From: Marsupella aquatica
Taxonomy: Eukaryota > Plantae > Marchantiophyta
NCBI GenBank assembly: GCA_973895155.1
Contig: OZ316891.1
Coordinates: 124,001-188,000, forward strand
DNA length: 64,000 nt
Direction of reading: 5' to 3'
This document shows, one piece after another, positions 51,228-63,600 of the stretch (position 1 is its first letter; each line of letters starts with the position of its first letter). A model generated the notes under the pieces. That model searched no databases. It was not told the DNA's origin and was given only the letters and a program-made list of their open reading frames with translations. The translations under genes were made by a program, and so were the position numbers.

Positions 51228-53221
51228 TGTGGAATGGCTCAAGGGAGGCTTGAGTAGGAAATGCGTCAGTTTTTTGCTTTCAAGGAGTAGTAATTACATA
51301 GTTTAGTGATTAGCGGAGTTGTTAGGTTTAAGGTAACTTAATAACTAGGGAAGTAGAGTAGGGAAATAAATTGAGGGAGAGGACATGTTTCTCTAAGAAG
51401 TATCAAGAGTTGAGTAAGTTATTTGGTAAGGGCGGAAAAAAGTTACGGTAGTCGGCAAGTCGGGCCGAAGGCATGACCGATACTTTTGAGTGATAAGTTT
51501 TGCTAAGACTCACCCTATAGGTGCTAGGTAGTCCCTAGACCACACATAAAAGTCACAAAGTCAAGTGGGGTCTTAACCTAGGAGTTGCAAGTATTTTGGC
51601 AAAACTTAAAGTTACCAAATAGCGGGTCTCGGGAAAAATAGCTGATGGGAAAAGGTAGGGGTTCCAAGTTGCAAAATAGGTTAAATATGGTCCACTCTAT
51701 CCCTGGAAACTTGTGGGAGAACTTGGTTACCTTTGGTTACTTTTTGGGAGCATCTCAAAGTTGAGAAGAATTTTGGAAAACATAAGAATTAACCCTCTTT
51801 ACCTAATTTTAGAAAATTGGTTATAGGGTTTTGTTTAGATCTTAGTAAACCAGGACATAGCCCTATGTCAAGAAAATCTATGGATCTACTCAAAAGTCCT
51901 TTTGGCCTTATGGGTGATTTTTGGCGGTGGGTACAATATGGGCCGGGGAATTATAGTTTTTCCCAAATAACGAAATCCGACTAAGTGTAAAAATGCTTCG
52001 ACGAAGCTACCACAAGGCAAGAATAAGTCAAGCACAAGGGCGGCTAGGAGATGGTTGAATAGACCAGGCAATCACAAGGTGAAGGGGCTTGAGTGGGAGT
52101 GGTAGTTAGTTGGACTTTTGTTGTAGTGTGACTTTGGTAGTTAGTAGGACTTTGGTGATTGGACCTTGGTCCTTGGTCCTTGGTCCTTGGTGGGCTACCT
52201 TGGTCCTTGGTGGGCTACTTTGGTCCTTGGTCCTCTACCTTGGTCCTTGGTCCTTGGTCCTTGGTTCTTGGTGGGCTACTTTGGTCCTTGGTCCTCTACC
52301 TTGGTCCTTGGTCCTCTACTTTGGTCCTTGGTCCTTGGTCCTTGGTGGGCTACCTTGGTGTGGTGTGGAAGGAGAATAGTATATAAGGAGAAAGTTTTCA
52401 TTTGTTAGGGACCGGGAGTCTCATCTCTTAAGTGGAATCTCTACCTTGTCAAGGTAGGGCTAAGCTTGAGAAGGGAGAGGTGGTCCATGCTTAGTGTGGA
52501 GAATGTGTAGTGAACTTTTGTTGTAAAGGTGATGCAATAAAAGGAGACTTGCCAATCTTCATTGTGACCATTAAGTGTGAGTGCATTTGAAGCATATGAG
52601 AGCAAGAGAAGAGTCCATGCTATGAGGTAATCTTGGTCTAAGCTTGAAGGGGATGTGCCAGTACAAAACCAAGGCCAAGAGGCAAGGTTAAGGTAGAGCA
52701 CTACTTTGAGACTTAGAGAGGATTATAGCTTGAGGGTGGAAAGTATTTTGCTTGGTGTATGGTGTTAACAAGAAGTAAGAACAAGAGGAAGAGTCCTTAG
52801 ATAGAGGAGCCTTCTCTAGAGCTCAAAGGGGATGTGTGGACCCAAACCAAGGCCAGGGGGCAAGGTTGAGGGGTAACACTACTTTGAGGGTCTTGAGGAG
52901 ACTTAAGCTTGAAGAGGAAAGTACTTTGGTTCTTGGGTGTTTGTGTGAGACTCTTCTCTAAGGTGACAGCTTGGAGCGGAGATCCCCCTTGCTGATCCTT
53001 GGGAGTAGAGGAGAGGGGAAGGGTGTGAGTACAAAAGTAGTCAAGGGGACTACCTCTCTAGAAGTGGAGAGTTGAAACTACTTATGTATGGAGTGATTAG
53101 TCATTGTAGGCACATTTCAGAAGTTTTGTCAATCCTTTGTGACCCTGGTATGATATGGAGCAAGTATTAGGTAGTCTTTTGGGGAGAAAAGCCGCTTAAG
53201 CTCCTTGACAAGTGTTTGACA
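51228..53221 (+). mobile_element. Family B solo LTR
   Basis: TGTGG...TGACA flanked by 5-bp TSD CACAA (51223-51227, 53222-53226). Confidence 0.92.
52163..52358 (+). repeat. (CCTTGGT)n minisatellite just upstream of a TATA-like box in solo LTR B
   Basis: Many CCTTGGT units mixed with GGGCTA/CCTCTA, then gtatataagg at ~52379. Confidence 0.9.
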
Positions 53222-53724
53222 CACAAGCATACAATCTCAATTTACACAAAGGAAATAATGGGAAAGGATTTTACTACATAGGAGACATACGCGTACACTT
53301 AGTTGACCCGAAAGCTCTTGAATGAACAGGTCCAAGGCCGAGGGTGTACACTACAACAGAGCCCGGCTCTACACTCGCCCAACGAGCTTAGTCTTACGCC
53401 CTCCCCTTGGTACTCTTTCACTCCCAAAGGTTGGGACTCCCCGCACATACCGCGGATGTCCAACACTGAGACTAAAAACCCCCTGCCTCTACCGAGGGAT
53501 GCACTAAATACTAAGGGCCAAGGAACAGAGTGCCCTCATGCCCAAAGATTTGCTAACTACGGTCCTAACTAAGTTGGCTGTCAGGCCGGAAAACGGCTTG
53601 TCTTATTAGAAGATTCTATTCTACGTAGGCTGGTCAGCATGGCAGTGTCGCTTTAACTAGGGCAGCACTGGCTGCTACAGCCTAGTTTAGCTACTCCTGA
53701 CTCAATTCTAATCCTACTCTGCCG

Positions 53725-54390
53725 CTAATGCCTGGTGCGCTTGCCAAAGCCGTTTGAGTGGGAGCGGCCATCCCGCTGTCTACGGAGTCTGTCGTTGTCC
53801 ATTTTGAGAAGCTGGACTTGGTCTAGCAGAGATTCGTTCACTCGTTTCGCCGCGTCCGTCTCCTCCACTGCCTCCTGGCATGCCTCTTCCAGCTGCTGGG
53901 CGTCGCTCGTCAGCTTGCCCACGATCTGGTTCTGCTTCTCGGCTTTGGTTTGAAGCTGCGCTACTTTGGCCTGTAGGGCGGCTATCTCCGTAGTGTCATG
54001 TTGGGCCCGTTCTTCGGCCTCCTCCAGGTCTTTCTGCCAGATGATAGTTTGATTCTTCAAACTATCAATCTGGGTCCGGAGCCGTGAAATCTTGGCCTCC
54101 TTCCCAGCTTTGGCCTGTTTGGCTAGGGCGGTAAGGGCGTGCGCCTTCGCTAACAACTCATCGACGGCTGCAACCTTGGGTCGTAGTTGCAGAAGCTCAG
54201 CCTCTTGAGCCGCAACTTTGTCCTTTAAGTACACGGACTCAACCCGGTACCGCTCTATCCTCTGAAGGGCCTCTGACTGGGCCCAACCTGCATTTACTGC
54301 GGTAATTAACTCCTGATTGAAGAAATAGGCTACCTTCCGGGCCATGAACTCCCCGGTATCCCGGGCAATCTGTTGAGAGAAATCTCCCAT
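53725..54390 (-). CDS. Coiled-coil accessory protein of family C element (5' side interrupted by LTR A4)
   Basis: 221-aa ORF, A/Q/E/K-rich heptad pattern, basic C-terminus. Confidence 0.6.
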   Translation of the reverse strand: MGDFSQQIARDTGEFMARKVAYFFNQELITAVNAGWAQSEALQRIERYRVESVYLKDKVAAQEAELLQLRPKVAAVDELLAKAHALTALAKQAKAGKEAKISRLRTQIDSLKNQTIIWQKDLEEAEERAQHDTTEIAALQAKVAQLQTKAEKQNQIVGKLTSDAQQLEEACQEAVEETDAAKRVNESLLDQVQLLKMDNDRLRRQRDGRSHSNGFGKRTRH

Positions 54391-54396
54391 AAGCCC

Positions 54397-57300
54397 TGTA
54401 AGTAGTGGGTAATTCCAAAAGCATGAAGAAACTGAAATTTTTTAAATTTTTTACGGTGTTTAGACTGCAATTATTGCTAACTGTAACTAAAACAGCATTC
54501 AAAGTTACTAAGTTCCTAAGTTACGAGTAAACTCAGTTTACGAGTTTACTAGTTCACTTCTTTACGAGTTACACCTTAAGATTTGGCGACTCTGTGATCG
54601 TGACATCTTACAACTAGTTCAACGGGACTCCACAACGGATGAAGAGCTCACCTTGAAAGGGAAGGAATGCAAGACATAGGCGCTCATTACTGACTTCTCT
54701 TCCACCTTACCTCTCAAACTCTGCCCAGCTTCAACCGGTATTTCAGAGATGTCAAATGGAGACTTCGACCCTTCTATTCCAGGATGATGAATAGTGATGA
54801 GTTTCTGCATCACTATCCCCAAGTATATGCTGCCACCTGCAACAACTATGATGTACTAGGGATATACAGAGAAGCTCTTCGTATAGATTCCTGTTATTTG
54901 ATGAAGCGAATGCCTTTGATGTATCCTGAGAGACAACTAAGGTGCCTACCCTACTCTAGAGGATCACCACGTCAGACTGAGCTGATGGAGGTAACACAGA
55001 ATTGGACTGTCACCTACGTGGAGCTGCTCGAACCCGATGATATTCGACAACAAGCTTGAAGGAGACTATCTTTTTAGCTAGTATTGAAAAGTATAGTACT
55101 TTTACCAATTTTTCTAAATGTGTTGTAGAGCTTTAAAAGCTATGAGACTTCTTTAGGCTGTAGTCTGTACCTAGGAAACCCTGCTGGAAAAATTTCAGAG
55201 TTTTCCGAACCAGGAGTAGAAAGTTAAAAATAGTTGAATCTACTCAATTTTTAGTATACCGAAATTAAGAGTTTAAGAGTTTAAGTTTTTACGTTTTTAA
55301 GAGTTTAAGTTTTTAAGAGTTTAAGAGTTCATACTTAGCCATTTTTTCCGGCTTTCCACTTATTGAATCGTCGTTTTGACTTTTTGAGGGTTATGAAGAG
55401 GCATGTCTCTTCGACCCTGTGACCTCTTATTCTGTAGTTCATCACTATTTATACCTCTTCCCCTAGTGTAGAGAGATGGTTAAGTTCTGCATTTTTGCCT
55501 CCCTTTTGTTAAGTCTATTGATTCTGAACCTACGAGTTCTAAATCAGACTTAATAATTGGAGAGACTTACCTCCTTCTTGTATTTTGGAACCCAAATACT
55601 TGAAGTAAAACCTCAGTTATGAATCTCGTGAATTATAATGTCAGATTCCGCTTTGGTGACACATTGTAATCTCACAAGTTCTTAGAGTTAACTCATTGAG
55701 TTTAAGTTACATTGGAAATGATGTTTTCACCTTCATGTTGCTTAGTACCATCTAAATGCTGAAGTATTTATCCTTTTAGATCTTGACTAAGTATCACTTA
55801 GGAAGAAAGGTCAAGACATGTTGCCGGCATTTTAAAAGGATACTCTAGTATGCAGTTTAGATCTGAAAAGCCGTGTGGATTTGGATTCCCTTTAAAGTCA
55901 TTCCATTATTACTTATGTCTAAGGAGTAACCTTGGTCTATTCCAGACTCCCTTAAGCATACTCTGAGAGATTTTTCCTTGTGTTTTGTTAATTGCAATCT
56001 TTTGCTTAATTGAAGGTTATCTGATGTTGAGTTATCATCAAAAACTACTCACCGCTGTGGAGCGATCTTCAAAGTACCTGATTAAAGTAGTCAAGATTGA
56101 TTACTATGTGTGACACAAGAGCTTAAAGCTTTGTTTTTAGTTTATTACATCAAACCAACCCCATCTTGTTCTTAAAGGGAACGAATACCGAGTTTGGAGA
56201 CTTTAAAATGTGATTTTTGGTTCTCTATGGCAAACTACATGAGATTTTTTGGCGCCGCTGCCGGGGAACAGATTCAGGAATGGTTTGACATTAGGCAGTG
56301 AATGACCAAATTAGAAGCCTTGGATTTTAAGAGAGATTTTGAGGCCAGGGAGAAAGAGAGTAACCATTGTAAGTGGAGTTAGGCCAATTCCATTTAGGAG
56401 GAAGTTATCTCTACTCTGATTTTAACTCTATTATAACCAAGGGAGAAAGATGAATGGATATAGGAGGGAAGGCCATTCCTCTTATAGAAAGGACATCTTT
56501 CTCAAGACTTCATTGTTTATCTCTTGGAGAAGGGGTAATATGATATGCAGGCAGTGGATGTCAAATTTCAGAATTGAATTGATTGAGAAATTACAGAAAG
56601 AAATATTCCTTATGGATACATATGAAGAATGGTCAATTCAAGTTTTGGAAGCTCGACCTTACACTTTCACAGATGCACCAGCTGCATTTGCAGAGGTAAT
56701 TCGAGAAGGAGTTCTCCTTGTTATGAGAGGAAGGAGAAAAATGAAGGCTAAGAAGAAGAGGCTTAAAAGTGCTTAAAAAGCAATGCTTTGGAATTAAGAA
56801 AGGAGATTGAGTAAAGTCTCCATATGATTGTTAGGAGGACTTTAATTATAGCATGACTTCCTAAGTTGTGGTAGGAAGAAGCTACTTTTAGAGGAGGGAT
56901 TAAGTCTGATTTAATTAAATCAAGAGAGCTGGTAGACTTTAACTTACCATAATTGTAGAGAAGAAAGATAGGAAATTAAGAGACAGTTCACTTTGGTCAA
57001 TTAAATCTATAGTATAGGAAGAGTATGAACTTCTTACATTATGAGAAGTCGACTTAGATAAAAGTGCAACCAATTTGATAGACTGTTAGGAAAATTAGGC
57101 GGCAAAAGCCATAGATAAATAGTTGGAGATTTTATTTATTTTTTAGAATATCTTATGCCATCTTGCACAATAGATATGCGCAAACTTTGGTGTTAAGTGT
57201 GAGATGTAGTATGGAGTTCATAATTGGCTATCTATTACTTGGTGGGAACGAGTAAATCTACATTTGGTTATATTAAGGCTAAATGGAAGAATTACAAGAG

Positions 57301-58065
57301 AGGAATATATAGTGATTTCTATACAAGACTTAGCTAGTACATTGATGCAAAGACAAAATCGGAGGCACAGATAAAGTAGGTTAGCTAAAGCAGTGAGAAA
57401 TCTGAAGTGGAAAGGGTACTTTGCTACTAAGGACTCGCCGAGATACGAGGGGATAAGGCATTGCGGGTTAACCCTTACGAGTTACGGGTAAGCGTCATGA
57501 CGATTATGACTTTACGAGTTTACAAGTTAAGTGTTTACTAGTTGAAGGGTTACAAGTTGACGGGACACACGGAAGAGACGCACCTCGCCGAGAACTCGAT
57601 GAAACGACACAACGCTTGCGGACACCATATGCAGAGAAGTGTCAACAAAGGGGCATACAAGCCATGGATCGAGCAAACTTGAAAGGGCGTGGATTTGAGA
57701 AATGACGGAACGGTGCGACCATTGAAGCTGCCTCTTGTAAACCAAGGATCTCCAAGAATGCACCCGCACCAACTCTCCTCCAAAAGAAATGTCTTTCAGA
57801 ATGAGGAATGACTGACAAAGGGAAGCGAAATTGGAAGTCACGACGCGAAGAAAAATCAGCAACTATTCAAATCTTCAGACTGATACAAATGTGCAGAGCG
57901 CATTCCTTCAGTCTCTGACAAAGAAAGCTACGAGATGACGACCCTTCAGAGCTCCAAAGAGTTAACCAATATGACTATTCAAATCTTCAGCAAATTGCAA
58001 AGTCCCATTTTCCTGAATTCATGAGGAGAGAGCTACCTTGAGTCAACAATCCTGTGAACCTTGAC
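54397..58065 (+). mobile_element. Family A copy: LTR 54397-56239, PBS 56250-56267, leader; interrupted by family D
   Basis: Near-identical reverse complement of the tandem unit up to ...gaaccttgac. Confidence 0.95.
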
Positions 58066-58234
58066 TGTGGTATGGGTGTCCCTGCAATTTTTTCTGGAAA
58101 CTTGTTTATTTTTAGCATATCACAAGATTTACTTACACTTTAGACACCTTCCGGCCAACATTTACTTGTTCTGGACACTTATAGAAATATTTGACATCTC
58201 CGGCTTTCCTGACGATTCCTAGTGTACTTTGCCC

Positions 58235-58502
58235 GACGCTGTGACCAGCGCCCGTTTCTTTTACTCAAGACGCTGCGGAAGCGTCCAACCTCCTCATGAC
58301 GCTTTTGGCAGTGCCCGACCGCCACCAAGACTCTATGAGGATTTCGACCGACGCTGTGGAAAGCGTCAGCTTCAACACACGACGCTGTGAGCAGCGTCCA
58401 CCCTAGTATTGACGCTGTGAGCAGTGTGAGCAGCGTCCGTTGGTTTTACTTAAGACGCTTCTAGCAGCGTCCAGATTCTCCCGACGCTTCTAGCAGCGTC
58501 CG
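58235..58502. repeat. GACGCT-N6/7-AGCGTC hairpin repeats in LTR D; again at 60250-60390
   Basis: For example gacgctgtgagcagcgtcc, gacgcttctagcagcgtcc, gacgctgcggaagcgtcc. Confidence 0.85.
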
Positions 58503-60670
58503 CTCAACACTTAGTTTTTGAAGTAGATTACTAGTAAAGTAGTATTCTACCACCCTTGTTGAAGTACTTATGCTGTGCTTCTCCCTTGTTTAGTTTTAAG
58601 CTTGGAAAGGCACGACTGTTCTTACCTCCTCCATTTTAGGATTCCAGCACTTATAAGACAGAGTAGAATGCTCATTTGAAGTAGAGAGAAATAGAGTTAA
58701 TACTGTATTCAGAATTGAGTCTTCTGAATAGTTTTCTCCTCCTTCCATTGTAACAAGGCATGCTGTGAGTGTTTTGTATGGAAGTAAAGCTATATTGATT
58801 GAAGTTAAGATTGAATTCAAGAGATTCCTGTGGTGATTGAATTCAGTTGCAGATTTCTGAAACTCGTATTGAATTCACTGCTAGGCTTGCTTGCAGAGTC
58901 GGGATTCGCTAGCCAATTCAAGAATAGTTAATGATAAATGAGAAGTAAATTCTGATTCTCAGAGTAGTTAGTACTGTTGCTTTGATTCTGGAATATGGTT
59001 TAGAGTTTGACTGAATTGCGTATCGCTGATGTCAAACCATGTTGACGGCATTTTAAATCATATCATTCATTTGCAATCAGAAAGCTTCTGCTTCATCAGA
59101 TTGAGAATTCCATTATCATTAACCTTTGTGTTTTGAAGAGTGAGATGGATGAATTATGAGATAGATTTCATGTCTATACTGAGCCCAAATCCTTTCTGAA
59201 GGAGTGGCAGTAGCTTGTAGTCTCTAAATCCTTACTCATTTCTTCTCTAATTCATAAATCAGAAGTTCAGTTACTTTGTTGTTTGTTTATTCGATTTTTT
59301 TATTGAGAAGTGAAGTCAACATAGAGCTCAAGACTCTAAATCACTCGGAGTGATAAAAGTTATACAATTCATTCTGAAATCTGTTCTTAAAGGGATCGAA
59401 ACCCTGGTTTTAGGTGAGGAGAGTCACTTTTGATACTTAGCACTATACGACATCTTTTTGGCGCCGCTGCCGGGGAACGAATTTAAGATTGAATTGACGT
59501 ACAGGCAGTGTATGCCAGAAGGAGCTAGACGGGAGAGGAATTCACGTTCTACTATAATTGTGAAGATGCGTCATCACTCCAGTTAAAAAGATGAAGAGCT
59601 TCCATTTCGAGGTGATGCCGTACTCTATCCAAAGCGCCCCGGAAGCTCTCTTAAGAGTATTGGAAAAATTTGTGGTGCCAAACTTAAGAGAAGAAACCGC
59701 CCTCCCACCAGAAAAGGCCTCACAGAGAGGAGCTGTTGCTCGTCAAGTTGCTTTGGAGATAGTCGAAGACACCAAAGACACTTTGAGTGACAAGTGAAGT
59801 TATTCTAACGTTGCTCGGGACGTATGATTTGTAAAATTGTCCAACCATCCTGGTTCGTGTGACCGATGCCACCTATCCGATCTTTGGGAACATTAAGAAT
59901 TAGGAATTTGAGGAATCGTTATGTTAATTCTTGGGTTCTGAGCCTGAGAGGGAGGAATGGCATACATTGGTTAACTATCACCTGGTGGGAAGATGAAAGT
60001 TTGCATTTAGTAATATTAAGGCTGAATGGTAGGATCACACAGGAGTGATATTTAGTCATTTCCATTCGGGAGTTAGCGGAAAGAATCATGCACCAGGAAT
60101 TGCGTAGAAGATTAGGAAGGAGTTAGACGTCTGATTAGTAGGATGGCCTAGTGTAGCGTACCATGTGGTAAAGAAATTTCAGGGTGAAGGAAGTCGGAGA
60201 TTATGGGGAACGCCCGGTTCCAGTAATCGCCACCGTAAAGGAGATAAGGAAGGACGCCGCGAAGAGCGTCCAATGCGATTCGTCCCAGAAGATTCCGCAA
60301 GTCAGGACGCTTCGAGTAGCGTCCGATCCCAGTGGACGCTGTGAGCAGCGTCCGGTGGAATCTGTGACGAACCAACGTGCGCGACGCTTCTGGTGTGCCT
60401 TTCCGCGTCTCAACCTGAAGGACGCACCAGAGAAAACGAGGTTTTAGAATCTCGGCTGGTCACTGAAGGGAAGTATTAGCTACGGGATAGCAAGGGGGAG
60501 GAATCATGCAAGGGATGTTGAACGACGCTACGGGAAGTCACTTTGAGGAAGCAGGTTCATATCTCCCGGAGTGGGGTGATAACGTCGCACCTAAATGGTG
60601 ACTCCTTGCATAAAGACTCCTGAGGAGCGGGTCTGGTGTCTCAAAATCACCCGTGCTTGGAGAATGAGGG

Positions 60671-63600
60671 ATGTCTGAGGGAGATCCACCGAATAAAAGA
60701 AAACCTACCAAGACCTCCAGTAATTCGGATGCTGCAAAATTAGTAGTGACCCCTCGCACATTGTTACCCGAATTCCAGTCACCAGGAGCACCTGCACCGG
60801 GTAGTGTGTGGAAACAAGTGGGATCTATTCAAGAGGCAAGTGGCTCTTTGGAAAGGCCCACGTCGACCCGACCCCTGTTTGTAAATCTTCGTTCAGGTCC
60901 AAAACTTATTGGTTCTCAAAAGACCAAGCTCCGCCAGCAGACAGTACGTTCGGTGAACCAAATTGACTCTGGTGTGGATAGTACCACTGAGAGGGCCTTA
61001 TCTCATACCGAAGGAAGAAATTTGGGTTTGCCCGAGAATACAGTTGCAGAATCGCTGGCCCAAGATAATTCTGTCGATCTTTCACAATTGGATAATCCAG
61101 AACCACTGAGTGAAGCCGGTGGTTCGTCTTCTAGTGAGACAAGCAGCAGTTCAGGCTTGGGCAGCCCAAACCCATTTGCTACCCGATCAGCTCTTCCTTT
61201 CGTTACCCTCCTAGCTCCAACCACGATGGCTCGAAATAATGTGAGGTACGACCGGTTCTTCGGTACTTCCAAGGAGGATGCAGAGGTGTATTTGAAAGAA
61301 TTTGAAGCTGCAGCTGCATCCAATGGACAGAGTCAAGACGCTGAAAAAGCCAATCTGTTTGGTGGTCTAATGAAAAAGGGTGCTCAGAAATGGTATGACC
61401 GTTTTCCGGACAAGCAGGATTGGGGGAAATTGAAGGCTGCTTTCTTGGCCAAATATAAAGAAGAAGGAGCAGCTGCGCGTGCCTTTGCCCGAATCTCACA
61501 TCTGCACATGAAGAAACATGGGTCTGTGAGGAAATATGCCGACAAATTATTGGATTTGGTAGATCAATATAATCCAGCTACCTCGAAATCTACTATCAAG
61601 GACTGGTTTATTAACGGTTTACCCTCCAGGATTGCTCGTTACGTGAGACGAGAAGGTGGCACCACTTTGGAAGAAGTACAAGAGGCAGCCCAGAAGTACG
61701 TAGACTCGGAGATTTCAGAGAGAAAACGAGTTAAGAAGGACCTGAAGAAAGACAAAAGAAAGAAGAAGAAAACGTCCAGGTCTAAATCTGACTCGGAGAC
61801 GGAATCAAGTGGAAGTAGCACTAGTGAGGAGGACGAGAGTACAAATTCGAGCACTAGTGATAGTTCAAGCTCAAGTTCCGACTCAGAATCCGTTGCTCCT
61901 AAAAAGAAGAAATCCTCTGTAAAAGGGAATAATAAAGTTCCCAACCAGAAGAAGATGGATCGCATGATGGAAGAACTCTCTGGCCAATTGTCCAAGTTGA
62001 ATGTCAATATCGCCGCGGTAAAACCAGTACGAAGGTTGCCTGCTCCCATGAGAATGAACGTATGGTGCACCCGATGCAGTCAGCAGGGCCATTACCCGAA
62101 CGAGTGCCCCACATTACGAACCCCGGTGAATTATGTAGATGGTCAAGAAGAGGCTGAGGAGTATGAGTACGATCCCACGTATACCGTCCAAACAGCACCC
62201 CCTGGACAGTATTTCCCACCACCTCCTGCTTCCAGACCGACTTGGGGACCACCTAAGCCCACTTTCAATAAACCAACGTCAAGACCACCCATGGGACCCC
62301 CGGGAGGATACCCACCACGAGGAATGCCGCGTCAAAAAGGGGCTTGTTGGAATTGTGGCCAACCTGATCATTATTCACCCCAGTGCCCTTATCCCAAACA
62401 GGAGGTGGGGTATACACCTGTCTGTGGGAACTGTGGAAAAGAAGGACACTTACCGGTGGAATGCCCGAATCTGGCTAAGCCTAGGCTGATGGTTCGATTT
62501 GCTCAAGAGCCAGTTAAAGAAGCAAGTCGACCTGAAGCCAAGATTCGGATGGTTTATTCTGAAGAGATGGAGCAATGCAGCTTCATTCAACATATGGATG
62601 TAAATCGGGTGGAATTAAAGCCAGATTCACTTTTTCATCAACCAGTATCCGGGGTGGTGCCTGATGTCTTGGTAAGTCATTTAGTGAAACCTGAAGTAGT
62701 TGGTATGCCGAATGATCGAGTTCAGAATCGGGATAAAGTTCTGACTAATATTTACGCAACTACTCGTTCGAAGAAAAAGGAGACCAAGAAGCACGAGCAT
62801 CAGAAGGTCGCGAAAGCTCCCAAGGATGAAGGGCGCAAGCCATGTAAGGAAGGCCTCGACAAAGAAGACGACCCTGCTTATGACCGATATGACCCAAAAT
62901 ACTTCTTGCCCGACATCTCTTTGGAAGTGAAAGACCATCTGGAAGAGCTAGTTAAGGAGCAAGTGCAATCTCCTAACCCACCAGTAGTAGTCAAAGCTAA
63001 AGAGCCACTGAAAAATCCAGGTTATGATATTGTTGAAGATGTCAAGAATCATCCTGCACATATCACCATTGGGGAATTATTACAGGACAATCCGGTTTAT
63101 AGGCGACAGCTGAGGAGCCTCCTTGCAGGAAAACGGAGGAAGAAGAAGTTACCTTCGGTGGATGTGCTACGAACAGAGTGGGAGGACAAAGGACCGATGG
63201 AAATTGAGGTTCAAATCCAGGGGTGTGTCATTCGGAGAGTTCCTGTGGATGGAGGAGCCAGCGTTAATCTGATTACACAGTCAGCAGCATTTAATTTGGG
63301 TTTCACTAAGTTTGAGCCCACTCCCAAGATTTTGCGCATGGCGGATCAGTCTCGTGTGGTACCCATAGGGAAGCTGACCAGAGTAGAAACTTTGATTGCT
63401 GGTGTCCCTTTTCTGTTGGATTATGTGGTTATTAATCCGGAAATACCATCCAGCTTTCCTGTTTTGTTAGGCCGACCATGGTTGTATAAGGCTCAAGTTC
63501 AGGTTAATTGGCAATCTCAAGAGCTTTCATTTGGGAAGCCTAAGGTGACTGTTAGTTGGGTTCCGGAACCACATTTTGGAGAAACACAAACAGATGATGG

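Larger units (their letters stand above)
50835..54396 (-). mobile_element. Family C LTR-retrotransposon portion, interrupted by solo LTR B and by a family A copy
   Basis: Abrupt GC shift starting TGTCACG; continuous across the CACAA TSD; carries a coiled-coil ORF. Other end not visible. Confidence 0.5.

Noticed and set aside
52110-52408. Membrane-protein-like ORFs (LVLGPWS repeats)
   Set aside because: Translation of the CCTTGGT minisatellite.
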